DNA of 64,000 nucleotides from Candidatus Obscuribacteraceae bacterium (GCA_044226015.1 JBGAHS010000004.1:608001-672000), one strand, 5' to 3'. Positions 21,819 to 32,256 are shown, counted from the stretch's first letter. The notes: generated by a model not told the origin, from the sequence alone. Program-made: numbers and translations.

Positions 21819-22811
21819 CTAGTTTCGGAGGTCCGCTGTACTCGCTCGTAATCGATCGCGCCAATAATTCAGCAAATCCTCTATCATCTGTTCGAATGTG
21901 TATTCTGGCTTCCACCCGGTGCAAGCTCGAAATTTCGAACTATCGCCTTCCAGCAACGGTACATCGCTTGGACGTAATCTTTCGGGATCAAGTTCAATCT
22001 GAATTTTCTTTGTGGATAGGCTCAATAGATAATCAACCAGTTCTTGTACGCTTCGACTCTGCCCGCTGGCGAGTACGTATGCTTCGCCGGGGTTGCAATG
22101 GTGCACTGCAAGCCAGTAGGCGCGAACTATGTCGCGAACGTCTGTCCAATCACGTTTAGCTGTTAGATTGCCAACTTTCAAAACTGGTTCGCGCAAACCA
22201 AGTTCGATTTCAGCGATTTGTTTTGCAAAGTTGCTAGTGACGAAGACTTCGCCGCGTCGCGGACCTTCGTGATTGAAGGTTCTCGTCCTAATAATTTTCA
22301 TGCCATAGCTTGCCCAGTACTGATATCCCATCATGTCTTGGGTTACTTTGCTTACTCCATACGGGCTGAGTGGGCGAAGTTCATTGCTTTCATTGATAGG
22401 CAACTCATGTTCCTTTACCATTCCGTACTCTTCTGAACTGCAAGCGAGTTGAATAACGGGTTCAAGACCGCTGAATCTAATTGCCTCAAGAAGATTCAAC
22501 TGCATCATCATATTGTCGGTAAGCGTTGCAGCCGGACTGCGCCAGGATTCAGGGACGTATGATTGTGCAGCAAGGTGAAAAACCATGTCAGGTTTTATGC
22601 GTTCTATGGTTTGGATAACTGCTGATGCATCCATTAGGTTGCAATCGACAAGCTCGATCTTATCCGCCAAATGCTTAACGTTGGCTAATGAGCTTCTCCA
22701 TCGCTTCGTCCCGAAAATTCTACTCTCACTGCTTTCTTTCAAAATAAAGTCGGCTAAGTGCGAGCCCGCCATGCCGGTTATTCCAGTGATAATGATATTT
22801 TTGCTAGCCAT
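21819..22811 (-). CDS. GDP-mannose 4,6-dehydratase-like extended SDR (Gmd/Rmd family)
   Basis: ITGITGMAGSHL, HLAAQSYV, SSEEYG, SPYGVSK (YxxxK), FNHEGPRRGEVFVT, RDWTDVRD, RLRPSDV. Confidence 0.9.
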   Translation of the reverse strand: MASKNIIITGITGMAGSHLADFILKESSESRIFGTKRWRSSLANVKHLADKIELVDCNLMDASAVIQTIERIKPDMVFHLAAQSYVPESWRSPAATLTDNMMMQLNLLEAIRFSGLEPVIQLACSSEEYGMVKEHELPINESNELRPLSPYGVSKVTQDMMGYQYWASYGMKIIRTRTFNHEGPRRGEVFVTSNFAKQIAEIELGLREPVLKVGNLTAKRDWTDVRDIVRAYWLAVHHCNPGEAYVLASGQSRSVQELVDYLLSLSTKKIQIELDPERLRPSDVPLLEGDSSKFRACTGWKPEYTFEQMIEDLLNYWRDRLRASTADLRN

Positions 22812-23005
22812 GGATAGAGTTTCTGATCGGTAGGTCTTGGGGTATTCAAAAATTCTCTCTTAGCATAAAACCATAAAACAGCTTGACCTGACCCCATTGT
22901 TTTCTGCGTGAAAGCTAACTTTTCGCTTATACAGCTTCTCATCTTGTTATCTGACAAAAATTATTTGGAGGCAGATGCGATACTAAAAGTAATGAACAGA
23001 TAAGT

Positions 23006-25441
23006 GTGTGTATGTTATCGGCTTCCAAGAATGGTGTTAATGTCATAGGCTTTTTGTCTACGACCAATGGAATTGGTCAGGCGGCGCGTGGCTATGCAAG
23101 AGCCTTCCAAAAACTATCCTGGAATGTGCAGTGTGGCGATATTTCTCTGACACCAGACACTCAAGAGCCTCTCGATTTCGAAACTCTTGATCCAAAGTCA
23201 GCTTCTAATCTGAATCTTATTGTTGCTAATCCTTTTCCAGTACAAATCTACGACATTGACAAACGGCTTGGATTTGACCTGCTAAAGCGTTCCTACAACA
23301 TTGGTTCTTGGTGGTGGGAAATTGATTCACCACCGCCTATGTCTTGGCATAAAGGTGCAGCAATATTCGATGAAATTTGGGCAGGCACAGATTTCGTCAA
23401 AAGCATTTTTGAGAAAAATTTTGAATTGCCAGTAAAAACGGTGCCACCACTGGTAGAGCTTTTCCCGAAAGCAAATTGTACGCGAGACCATTTTTCATGG
23501 GGAGAGGACGAAACAATTTTTCTGTTCCTCTGTGATTTTTTCAGCATTGCAGAGCGAAAGAATCCACTTAATTTGATAAAGGCATTTCGTTCGGCGTTTA
23601 GTAAGGACGAAAAAGCTCGACTTGTAATCAAAGTCATAAATGAAGCCGCGGATCTCCAATACTGGCAGGCAATGAGAGACGCCTGTGGCGATGCCAGGAT
23701 CTCGCTTGTAAACAAGAAACTGAGTCGTACAGATGTTGATAGCATGATGAATCTGGCAGATTGCTATGTCTCTTTGCACCGTGCCGAAGGTTTTGGTCTC
23801 ACCCTTGCTGAGTCTATGCTTGGTGCCAAGCCAGTTATAGCTACTGGTTACTCGGGCAACATGGACTTCATGAGTGAGGACAATTCCTATCTTGTTCCGT
23901 ACGAACTGGTAGAGATAGATCGTGAACACCGTCCGTACTCAAAAGGAAGCATCTGGGCTGAGCCGGATCCATTAATTGCGGGGCAATTGATGCGAGAGGT
24001 TTTTGAAAACCCTGAACGCGCAAGAGCCAAAGGGGAAAAAGCTCGCGAAGTCATTCGACAAAAATACTCATCGCAAGCTATTGCCGCAAGAATCAATGAG
24101 CTGGTTTCAGAAACGGATTATTCAATGTCTACAGGACGGTTTGGTAGAGCTGTGATGAACTTCAGCAGCTTCGAGCCGATAGTTGAAGAACGTGAGATTG
24201 TGCCTGATGTTCCGTTTGATCAGTCCGAAGCGGGTCTCGTTTCTGTCTGCTTACCTGTGTTTAACGGGAAGGATTATTTAAGAGAATCCGTAGAAAGCGT
24301 GCTTGCTCAGACCTACGACAATTTTGAGTTGTTGATTTCTGATGACGGTTCCACTGATGGTTCCTTGGAGATAATAAAAGGGTTTGCCCAAAAAGATAAA
24401 AGAATAAAATTCTGGCAGAACAAAACTCGTCTTGGTTTGTTCGAGAATTACAATCGCTGTATGCAAGTCGCCCGGGGCGAGTTTATAAAACCCTTTGCGC
24501 AGGATGATGTTCTGGATTCGAAGTTTCTCGGAAGAGCCGTGACGGCATTGCGTGCCGATCGCAATATCTCTCTTTTTGCGTCGCGTCGAGGGTTTATAAA
24601 CGAGGTCAACAATAAGTTGCAATCGGAAGATCTTGATCGTGCATATCGCTCCAAAATAGATCACGATGTTCCTGTGTCTGGATTCATGGCTGTGAAGCAG
24701 TGTTTCTTTCCTGTGATGAACAAGATTGGAGAGCCTGCAACTGTTATGTTTAGACGAGAATTTATTGGTGCTGGTTTTGATTCTTCTTTTCACCATACAG
24801 GAGATCTCGATTACTGGTTTCGACTTTTGCGAAATGGAAATTTCTTCGGAACCAGTGATGTGCTCTGCTATTTCCGTATGCATGGTTCATCGACAAGTAT
24901 CGGCAATATCAAGTCGCTGCTTTTTGCCCTCGATTTGATACGGCTCGGACGCAAGCATGAAATTACGCTAAAAAGAATGAAGCGATCGGTTGATGAATAT
25001 ATGGCACAAGAGCTAGCCAACATCGCGGGTGCTGTGCAAAATCTGACCGAGGGGGACTTGTTTTTTGGTGCTCAGGAGATAAGCAATTCCGGAAAGCATA
25101 TTGATCCGATAGAGTTTCGTGAACTTGCATTTCTGGCGTTCAGGCGCCCGGGACCGCCACCTTCACTGTACAAAGTTCTTTCGAAAATCGAGCCGCTTGA
25201 GCAAGAAATTCGTACTCTTTTGTCCAGTCCTAGTTGGAAGATTACGAAGCCATTACGTGATTTCAAAAAACGTTTTTTGTCGTCGGGAGCGCCTGAAATC
25301 ATCGGTGTTGATGAGGCTGCAGAATACGAAGCGTTCGATGAGCATGATTATTTTCTCTACCTCGCATCGTTGCGTACTGCGATTCTAAGCAGTGGTTCGT
25401 GGTCGATCACTTATCCACTTCGAAAGCTAAAAATTCTTTAG
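23006..25441 (+). CDS. Fused GT4-like plus GT2 glycosyltransferase
   Basis: ERKNP..YVSLHRAEGFGLTLAESM..PVIATGYSGNMDF (GT4-like); VSVCLPVFNG..ISDDGSTDGS..FAQDD (GT2); C-terminal SPSWKITKPLR and SGSWSITYPLR. Confidence 0.9.
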   Translation: MCMLSASKNGVNVIGFLSTTNGIGQAARGYARAFQKLSWNVQCGDISLTPDTQEPLDFETLDPKSASNLNLIVANPFPVQIYDIDKRLGFDLLKRSYNIGSWWWEIDSPPPMSWHKGAAIFDEIWAGTDFVKSIFEKNFELPVKTVPPLVELFPKANCTRDHFSWGEDETIFLFLCDFFSIAERKNPLNLIKAFRSAFSKDEKARLVIKVINEAADLQYWQAMRDACGDARISLVNKKLSRTDVDSMMNLADCYVSLHRAEGFGLTLAESMLGAKPVIATGYSGNMDFMSEDNSYLVPYELVEIDREHRPYSKGSIWAEPDPLIAGQLMREVFENPERARAKGEKAREVIRQKYSSQAIAARINELVSETDYSMSTGRFGRAVMNFSSFEPIVEEREIVPDVPFDQSEAGLVSVCLPVFNGKDYLRESVESVLAQTYDNFELLISDDGSTDGSLEIIKGFAQKDKRIKFWQNKTRLGLFENYNRCMQVARGEFIKPFAQDDVLDSKFLGRAVTALRADRNISLFASRRGFINEVNNKLQSEDLDRAYRSKIDHDVPVSGFMAVKQCFFPVMNKIGEPATVMFRREFIGAGFDSSFHHTGDLDYWFRLLRNGNFFGTSDVLCYFRMHGSSTSIGNIKSLLFALDLIRLGRKHEITLKRMKRSVDEYMAQELANIAGAVQNLTEGDLFFGAQEISNSGKHIDPIEFRELAFLAFRRPGPPPSLYKVLSKIEPLEQEIRTLLSSPSWKITKPLRDFKKRFLSSGAPEIIGVDEAAEYEAFDEHDYFLYLASLRTAILSSGSWSITYPLRKLKIL

Positions 25442-25562
25442 TAGGCATTCCGACCGGCTCCGAGCTTAGATGCAGACGGACGTCCACTCCAGGAGCCAGA
25501 TTCCGGACCCGGACCCGGATCTGCATCAAGTCCAGGAGCCAGATTGCCATCCAGACCAAGAT

Positions 25563-26350
25563 CGGTAGCGTTTTAGTTTCCGGGAAAATCTGCGCGCCTT
25601 GTGGCGCAGAAAAACAGGAGAACTAAACCGGTACCGTTTGAGTTTCCGGGAAAATCTGCGCGCCTTGTGGCGTAGAAAAACAGGAGAACTAAACCGGTAC
25701 CGTTTGAGTTTCCGGGAAAATCTGCGCGCCTTTGGGTGCAGAAAAACAGGAGAACTAAACCGGTACCGTTTGAGTTTCCGGGAAAATCTGCGCGCCTTGT
25801 GGCGCAGAAAAACAAGAGAACTAAACCGGTACCGTTTGAGCTTCCGGGAAAATCTGCGCGCCTTGTGGTGCAGAAAAACAAGAGAACTAAACCGTTACCG
25901 TTTGAGTTTCCGGGAAATCTGCGCGCCTTGTGGCGCAGAAAAACAAGAGAACTAAACCGTTACCGTTTGAGTTTCCGGGAAAATCTGCGCGCCTTGTGGC
26001 GCAGAAAAACAGGAGAACTAAACCGGTACCGTTTGAGTTGCCGGGAAAATCTGCGCGCCTTCGGGTGCAGAAAAACAGGAGAACTAAACCGGTACCGTTT
26101 GAGTTTCCGGGAAAATCTGCGCGCCTTCGGGTGCAGAAAAACAGGAGAACTAAACCGGTACCGTTTGAGTTTCCGGGAAAATCTGCGCGCTATGTGGCGC
26201 AGAAAAACAAGAGAACTAAACCGGTACCGTTTGAGTTTCCGGGAAAATCTGCGCGCCTTGTGGCGCAGAAAAACAAGAGAACTAAACCGTTACCGTTTGA
26301 GTTTTCGGAAAAATCTGCGCGCCTTCTGGCGCAGAAATACATGAGAACTA
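25563..26350. repeat. 66-bp tandem array (~12 units) with the near-palindrome AACTAAACCGGTACCGTTTGAGTT
   Basis: Unit GTTTCCGGGAAAATCTGCGCGCCTTGTGGCGCAGAAAAACAGGAGAACTAAACCGGTACCGTTTGA; 11 core sites from 25630 to 26289, three of them GTTACC variants. Confidence 0.97.
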
Positions 26351-26484
26351 CAGTGGACCAGGATCCGGATCGGCATCCATCGGATAGCCCCCAAAGCATT
26401 GGTACATAAAACTTTCTCAAGATGCAAATAGGCTGGTCTAGCTATACTTATAGTTCAGTTTTAAGACCTGTTTAGTCGGAGTTA

Positions 26485-29400
26485 ATGCGCGTGAGCAATT
26501 ACCGTAAAGCTACTGTCGGCATCGGTTTAGCAGCCTACTCGATATTTTTGTCTGCTCAGCTCGGTTGTATACCAGCGGCAAGCGCACAAGATTCGAGCAG
26601 TAGCTTAACAGGTTCTAACTTTGGATCCGTCCTTCCTCAGGGAAGATTTGCTAATCCTTCTTCACCATTTTTTGCGCCTTCGCCGTTCACCGAAAAATTA
26701 GGAGTGTCTCCAGAGAGCTCATTCGAGGGACAAGAGACTACGAGCCCGGTTCTCACTCAATCTGCTGTGAATGCTGCAGCTTCAGCCTCGGATGGAGCGA
26801 TAACCAATGTGCAAAGAGCCTGGTACAAGTTCCTTGAGCCTAGCTTGAATCTCACTCGGGCGCTTGAGGATGCAGAGCATAAGCGCATTCTCTCTGTCGT
26901 TCCAATGCCTCTCAATATTCGCGGGGGAGATCGCCGAACTGAAATCCGCACTGCACTTTTACGCGCGGATTCCAGTCTGGAGTACTCCTGTTTCAAAACA
27001 ATTTATGGCAGTTTGTTTGGACGCTCCAATTCTCTGATAATGAATGTTTCGGGCAACATCGTAAGAGTGTTCAATATATCGGGTAAGGACAAGGACGTTC
27101 TGTTCAAGTTATCGAACGGGCAGATCATTGCCCTCGGTCCAGGAACTGAGTTGATAATCTCTAAATCGATGGACAGTTCCGATTTAAATGTTTGCGATGG
27201 TTTGGCTCGACGTGGCTTCACCAAAGTGATGAAGTGCGCTGATTTGCAAATGGGGTTTGCGCAGTTCTCATACGCAAGTGTTTGTGACACGCCAGAGATG
27301 AAGTTCTATTTGTCACATCAAAGTCCGAAAATTGTCGCTGATCTCAAAACTATGATTTCGAAAATAGAAGAGCTTCGCGGCACAGGTGGATTTAAGTTAG
27401 CGCTTCTTCCCGGTGAGCGCCACCAATTGCAAGCTGAAGTGAAGAAGAAAGAGACCGCCGTTCCAAAAACTAAGATTGAGATGGCTGCTGAGCTTAGGGC
27501 TAAGGAAGAGAAGGAAAAAGCTGCTGCTAAAGCAAAAGAAGAACTTGCCAGACTTCAGCAATCGAAAGATGAAGCGAAGCAGAAAGAGATTGCTAAAGTA
27601 AAGTCTGACGAAACCAAGCAAAAAGAGATCGCGAAAGCAAAAGCAGAAGAAGCGAAGCAAAAAGAGATCGCGAAAGCAAAGGCAGAAGAAGCGAAGCAAA
27701 AAGAGATCGCGAAAGCAAAAGCAGAAGAAGCGAAGCAAAAAGAGATCGCGAAAGCAAAGGCAGAAGAAGCGAAGCAAAAAGAGATCGCGAAAGCAAAGGC
27801 AGAAGAAGCGAAGCAAAAAGAGATCGCGAAAGCAAAGGCAGAAGAAGCGAAGCAGAAAGAGATCGCGAAAGCAAAGGCAGAAGAAGCGAAGCAAAAAGAG
27901 ATCGCGAAAGCAAAAGCAGAAGAAGCGAAGCAAAAAGAGATCGCGAAAGCAAAAGCAGAAGAAGCGAAGCAAAAAGAGATCGCGAAAGCAAAGGCAGAAG
28001 AAGCGAAGCAGAAAGAGATCGCGAAAGCAAAGGCAGAAGAAGCGAAGCAAAAAGAGATCGCCAGACTTAAAGCTGCTGAAGAGGAAGCTGCGCGCTTAAA
28101 AGCTGAGGAGGAAAAAGCAAGGAAAATTGCTGAGGCAAAAGAGGCTGTGCGTAAAGCCAAAGAATCTGCCAGAGCCAGGGCTGAAGAGTTGAAGCAGAAG
28201 GAAATTGCTCTGGCTAAGGAAGAGGCAAGACAGGCCGCTGAGGCAGAGAAGCAAAAAGAACTCGCTAAAGCAAAAGAAGCTGCTGAGAAAGAAAAGCTCA
28301 AGCTGGCTAAGGCTGAGCAAGCCGCTAGAGCCAAAGCTGCAGAGGCTCAATCTAGAGAACTTGCTCGTGCAAAAGAGCAAGAAGCCGCTGCTAAATTAGC
28401 TGCTGAGAAAGCTGAGCAGATTGCCAAAGCCAAGCAAGCTGCTGCTGAGTCTAAGGCTCAACAACAAACGAAAGTGGCGGAAGCGAAACGCCTGAAGGAA
28501 GAGGCTGCAGTAGCGAAATCCCATCAACTGGAAGAAGAACGCAAACTGGCAGAAGCCCAGAAGAAGACGCGTGAAGAGACTTTGAAAGTTGCGCGAGCCC
28601 AGCAGGCAGAGGAAGAAAGAAAAGCAGTTGAGAAAGCCAGAAAAGAGCAAGACGACAAGATAAGAATTGCTTTGGCGAAGAAGCAAGAGGCAAACCAGAA
28701 AGCTGAGTTGGTGGCTAGGAAGGCAAAGGAAGATGGCATCCATGTAGCGCAATCCAGAGACGCTGCTGAGAAAGCTGAGCGTTCAAAAGCTGCTAAGCTC
28801 GGCGAACCAGAAAAGGCGCAGTTTGGAGCAAGCCCAGCTCTACGCGAAGGTGTGCCTGTTGCTAACGCAGGTATTACAGATGCTTCCGCCGCGAAGCGCG
28901 AGTCAATGCGATTGAAGTTGCTAGATAGAGCAAAGCATATGGCAATTAATGCTAGAGGAAAAGAGCAGACTAAGGATATAGCTAATTCATTAAAGGATGA
29001 GGAATCGGAAGGTACCCAACCTGTACTGAGACCTGTTCCTCCGCAGAGTAAAGCAGCTGTTCAGCAGAGCTCGGCCGCTGCTAATGCTAGTGAGATTGCT
29101 AAGGCACTTGCAGAAAAATTGAAAGAGAAGCAAAAGCGTATCGCTACGATTGGCGGAAAGGTGAAAGAGAACCTAGCCGCCAAGGCCGCGAAAGTGGCTG
29201 AGGCGACAAAAGCTTCTGCCGCTGCTTTGACACCGAAGCCAGTACCAAGTACTCCAGAACCGCCAATGGTGGCAGATCAAGCAGCCAGAAAGTTGCTTCC
29301 GCGAAGATTGCCCGGACCTGATACACCGCCGGCAATTGCACGCCTGTTGCTAGATGCCGACAAAGAAGAGAAGACCGCAATCGCCCTGAGGAAAAAGGCT

Positions 29401-29568
29401 GACAAATGCATCGCTTATGCTGAGGGCGGCATGATGAATTATGATCAGCAGAAACTCATCATGGCGCAAGCAAGAGAGCATCTTAAACGTGCTGCGGAGG
29501 CGGAGGAGCGTTCCCAAAATCTTCGTCGCCAGGCCGAACTTGCGGACAATGGAAAGCCATCGATGTAA
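26485..29568 (+). CDS. Large exported protein with a TolA-like Ala/Lys/Glu-rich helical stalk
   Basis: N-terminal signal-like segment ending AASAQD, a ~300-aa globular region, then a very long AKE-rich coiled region. Confidence 0.8.
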   Translation: MRVSNYRKATVGIGLAAYSIFLSAQLGCIPAASAQDSSSSLTGSNFGSVLPQGRFANPSSPFFAPSPFTEKLGVSPESSFEGQETTSPVLTQSAVNAAASASDGAITNVQRAWYKFLEPSLNLTRALEDAEHKRILSVVPMPLNIRGGDRRTEIRTALLRADSSLEYSCFKTIYGSLFGRSNSLIMNVSGNIVRVFNISGKDKDVLFKLSNGQIIALGPGTELIISKSMDSSDLNVCDGLARRGFTKVMKCADLQMGFAQFSYASVCDTPEMKFYLSHQSPKIVADLKTMISKIEELRGTGGFKLALLPGERHQLQAEVKKKETAVPKTKIEMAAELRAKEEKEKAAAKAKEELARLQQSKDEAKQKEIAKVKSDETKQKEIAKAKAEEAKQKEIAKAKAEEAKQKEIAKAKAEEAKQKEIAKAKAEEAKQKEIAKAKAEEAKQKEIAKAKAEEAKQKEIAKAKAEEAKQKEIAKAKAEEAKQKEIAKAKAEEAKQKEIAKAKAEEAKQKEIAKAKAEEAKQKEIARLKAAEEEAARLKAEEEKARKIAEAKEAVRKAKESARARAEELKQKEIALAKEEARQAAEAEKQKELAKAKEAAEKEKLKLAKAEQAARAKAAEAQSRELARAKEQEAAAKLAAEKAEQIAKAKQAAAESKAQQQTKVAEAKRLKEEAAVAKSHQLEEERKLAEAQKKTREETLKVARAQQAEEERKAVEKARKEQDDKIRIALAKKQEANQKAELVARKAKEDGIHVAQSRDAAEKAERSKAAKLGEPEKAQFGASPALREGVPVANAGITDASAAKRESMRLKLLDRAKHMAINARGKEQTKDIANSLKDEESEGTQPVLRPVPPQSKAAVQQSSAAANASEIAKALAEKLKEKQKRIATIGGKVKENLAAKAAKVAEATKASAAALTPKPVPSTPEPPMVADQAARKLLPRRLPGPDTPPAIARLLLDADKEEKTAIALRKKADKCIAYAEGGMMNYDQQKLIMAQAREHLKRAAEAEERSQNLRRQAELADNGKPSM
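27616..28060 (+). repeat. 39-bp coding tandem repeat (~11 x KQKEIAKAKAEEA)
   Basis: GCGAAAGCAAARGCAGAAGAAGCGAAGCARAAAGAGATC is repeated with only synonymous changes. Confidence 0.97.
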
Positions 29569-29641
29569 CTTCCTGCTGCTGGCAAGATTTTGCGCAATGC
29601 ATTCTGCAGGCTGCTTCTAATTCGTGATGGTCTTATAGTGT

Positions 29642-29996
29642 GTGCTGTTTTGCTGCGTGGATGTTTCGAACAACGGTGTGTTCAGTAGATTGGACAGTGC
29701 GTTCAGTTCAAGATTATCTTGGAGTGCGTGCTGTTTTGCTGCTTGGATGTTTCGAATAGACGGTGTGTTCAGTAGATTGGACAGTGCGTTCAGTTCAAGA
29801 TTATCTTGTAGTGCGTGCTGTTTTGCTGCTTGGATGTTTCGAATAAACGGTGCGTTCAGTAGATTGAACGGTGCGTTGAGTTCGTGATTGTCTTGTCGTG
29901 TGTGTTGTTTTGTGCGTGGTTATGTTTCGAATAACCGTGCGTTCAGTTCGTGGTTGTCTTGTAGTGTGTGCTGTTTTTGATGATTGTATTTCGAAT
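29642..29996. repeat. ~87-bp degenerate intergenic tandem array (4-5 units)
   Basis: GTGYTGTTTT recurs at 29642, 29728, 29815, 29902 and 29968; each unit has TTTCGAA and two GTGYGTTCAGT subrepeats. Confidence 0.9.
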
Positions 29997-30327
29997 GGAG
30001 GTTGCTTTCACATTCATGATTATCTCGCATAAGCTGTTGTGTTCAATTCGTGATGGATTTTGTTTTGTTTGTCTGAAAAGACTTATTGCTACTGAGGCTT
30101 GGGCGTTGAGGTGAGGGGCGTAGCAGATTCGTTTCTGCAGAATCCAAATTACATTGCGGTGCATAAAGACTGCATTGATAGTTCCTTGCCACCTTATTTG
30201 GTATCAGCCGAAGGGATTACGATAATGCTTCCTTTGGGGGAGGTAAGCATCCCTCACTTGAGTTACACTCCAAGTGTCGAAAACCTTATAACAAAGAGCA
30301 GCCCTGGACCTGTTCACTGGGGGCGCC

Positions 30328-30840
30328 ATGTTTGGAATCAAAGAAGATGCAGAAGAACGGCGTAGGCGAGCATATTTTAAGGCGCACGAGAACGAAGAAC
30401 CGTTTCCGCTGGATGGAAGTGATTTTGCTCGGTTGATTCGGGAGCATCAGTATCTAGAAAAGCATCAGCATCATAACGAAGAGCCTTATGATGACTTTTT
30501 GGCACGGTTGCACGCAAAGGGTAGTGTGCTGTTTTCCCCTGTTCGAGGGCTTATACAGAAAGCTCTCTATCACTGGTTTACACCTAAAGAGGAGTATCAC
30601 TTTCCGGTTCCACCGGAGATACCAACCAAAGAGGAATTGGTTCAAAAACGAATAGATGCTCTAAATGATCATCTTGTAGAACTTTCTGATGCCGAAAATG
30701 ATTGGTTGGCTCATAAATCTTATGCTGCAGTAGAACCTGCTTTGATCGAAACCACAGAGGGTGAGGAAACAAGTTATCCTGCGTTTGGTCTTGAGTCCGT
30801 GATTGATCCTGCCGATACAAGTTCAGTACAGGATGAATAG
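30328..30840 (+). CDS. Hypothetical protein
   Basis: 170-aa ORF, GGGG upstream of ATG, non-repetitive composition; no recognisable domain. Confidence 0.65.
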   Translation: MFGIKEDAEERRRRAYFKAHENEEPFPLDGSDFARLIREHQYLEKHQHHNEEPYDDFLARLHAKGSVLFSPVRGLIQKALYHWFTPKEEYHFPVPPEIPTKEELVQKRIDALNDHLVELSDAENDWLAHKSYAAVEPALIETTEGEETSYPAFGLESVIDPADTSSVQDE

Positions 30841-30930
30841 AGGGACTTGAGTCTGATGCAGAGCAAGCCGATGTGACCGGGCAAATCAAGCCAGAAGCCG
30901 GGCATAGTTGTTGTCACGGCACTCGTGCAA

Positions 30931-31064
30931 CGTAGTGCAGATCTTTGTAGTGGAGATCTTCGTATTGCGCAGCTTCGTAGTGCAGATCTTGGTATAGCAG
31001 ATCTTGGTATAGCACAGCTTCGTAGTGCACAGCTTCGTAGTGCACAGCTTCGTATTGCACAGCC
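30931..31064. repeat. 15-bp minisatellite (9 copies, consensus CGTAGTGCASAKCTT)
   Basis: Exact 15-bp phase from 30931 to 31064. Confidence 0.9.
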
Positions 31065-31179
31065 AGGTGTTTGATGCAATAGAACTATGCTAGGGGCATT
31101 GTTGTGACCCAATTCGATTTCTGGATTTTGTTGGAAGGAGTAAAGGCTACCGGGAATGCTGACTCCGGGACGGAATCGG

Positions 31180-31483
31180 ACGCCAGCGCGAAAGGACGCT
31201 GGGACGGAACCGGACGCCGGCGCGAAAGGATACCAGCGCGAATAAATGCCAGTGCGAATGGATGCCGGCGCGAAAGGATGCCAGTGCGAATGGATGCCGG
31301 CGCGAATGGATGCCAGTGCGAATGGATGCCGGCGCGAATGGACGCCAGCGCGAAAGGATACCAGCGCGAATAAATGCCAGCGCCAGTGGATACCCGCGCT
31401 AATGAATGCCAGCGCGAAAGGATACCAGCGCGAATAAATGCCAGCGCCAGTGGATACCCGCGCTAATGAATGCCAGCGCGAAA
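31180..31483. repeat. ~16-bp degenerate minisatellite (GCCAGCGCGAAWGGAT) with higher-order duplication
   Basis: More than 15 variants of RCCRGYGCGAAWRRAT; the block GGATACCAGCGCGAATAAATGCCAGCGCCAGTGGATACCCGCGCTAATGAATGCCAGCGCGAAA is duplicated. Confidence 0.9.
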
Positions 31484-31493
31484 ATTTCAATAC

Positions 31494-31772
31494 CTAAGAA
31501 GCAAGTGGAGCCCAGTCGTTGAGACCAATTCTGATCAGATCTTCCACGTTAAGTCCACCCGAGTGGACTAGTGTGCCATCTACTATTAGGGACGGGATTT
31601 CGCTCAGCCCTCTCAGTTTTGCTAAGTCGTATTCGCGCATTTTTCGAACGTCATGCAAGACTATATTCCATCGGGAATAACAACAGTGCTCTTCGAGCAG
31701 AGCCACTGCGGATTTTGATATTGAAGTTGAGTTCGTGTAAATATCGATTGTTTTCTTGGCATTTAGTAGCAC
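31494..31772 (-). CDS. Small thioredoxin/glutaredoxin-fold-like protein lacking CxxC
   Basis: TIDIYTNS..(STSIS where CxxC is expected)..AKLRGLSEIPSLIVDG resembles the glutaredoxin cis-Pro strand; has an internal CC pair. Confidence 0.5.
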   Translation of the reverse strand: MLLNAKKTIDIYTNSTSISKSAVALLEEHCCYSRWNIVLHDVRKMREYDLAKLRGLSEIPSLIVDGTLVHSGGLNVEDLIRIGLNDWAPLAS

Positions 31773-32256
31773 GTGGGATTCCTTATAGAGCGTTGAGAGC
31801 TATGGATTTTTTGATCCATTCGGCTTTCCGTCGCGAAGCCTCGTCAACCATTCTACTATGGAGCCAGCGAGCAAGACAGCAATTGTTAGTCCGAGAACTG
31901 CGCTTAAGAGGTTCATATAGACCTTCTTTTTTATTCGTCCAATTTCAGTCTAACAAAGCGCCGAATATAAACATCCGTAGAAAGGTTGATCTCCGCAGCT
32001 AAACAAGATTGTTTTGAGAGCCTAAGTGGTGATCAGAGAAAATCAGAAGAATGAGAGATCGATTTGTAGTCGATATCAGAGTGCGTTTCGCGCTGGTCGA
32101 GTTTTTGCATTTTCTGCGCTACAAATCCGCAGTTTTCTGGAACTCCTCCAATATGTCGTCGAGAGAAATTGTTGGAAGAGGATGTTCGTCCAGACTGGGC
32201 TAATCGGTGGTTTATTGATGTGATGCTGCCGGAACGGTTGGTTTTCTTCCCCCGAA

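Noticed and set aside
25573..26420. ORFs made of RYRLSFRENL / KPVPFEFPGK repeats, and similar ORFs at 21094-21924, 32076-32624, 39700-39915 and 60577-61005
   Set aside because: These are translations of non-coding arrays: several frames on both strands are open and single-base indels between units shift the frame.
27397..28334. Minus-strand Phe/Cys/Leu-rich ORFs
   Set aside because: Antisense shadows of the AKE coding repeat.
30774..31490. 238-aa minus-strand ORF
   Set aside because: It spans two unrelated satellites and overlaps the 30328 gene; likely spurious.
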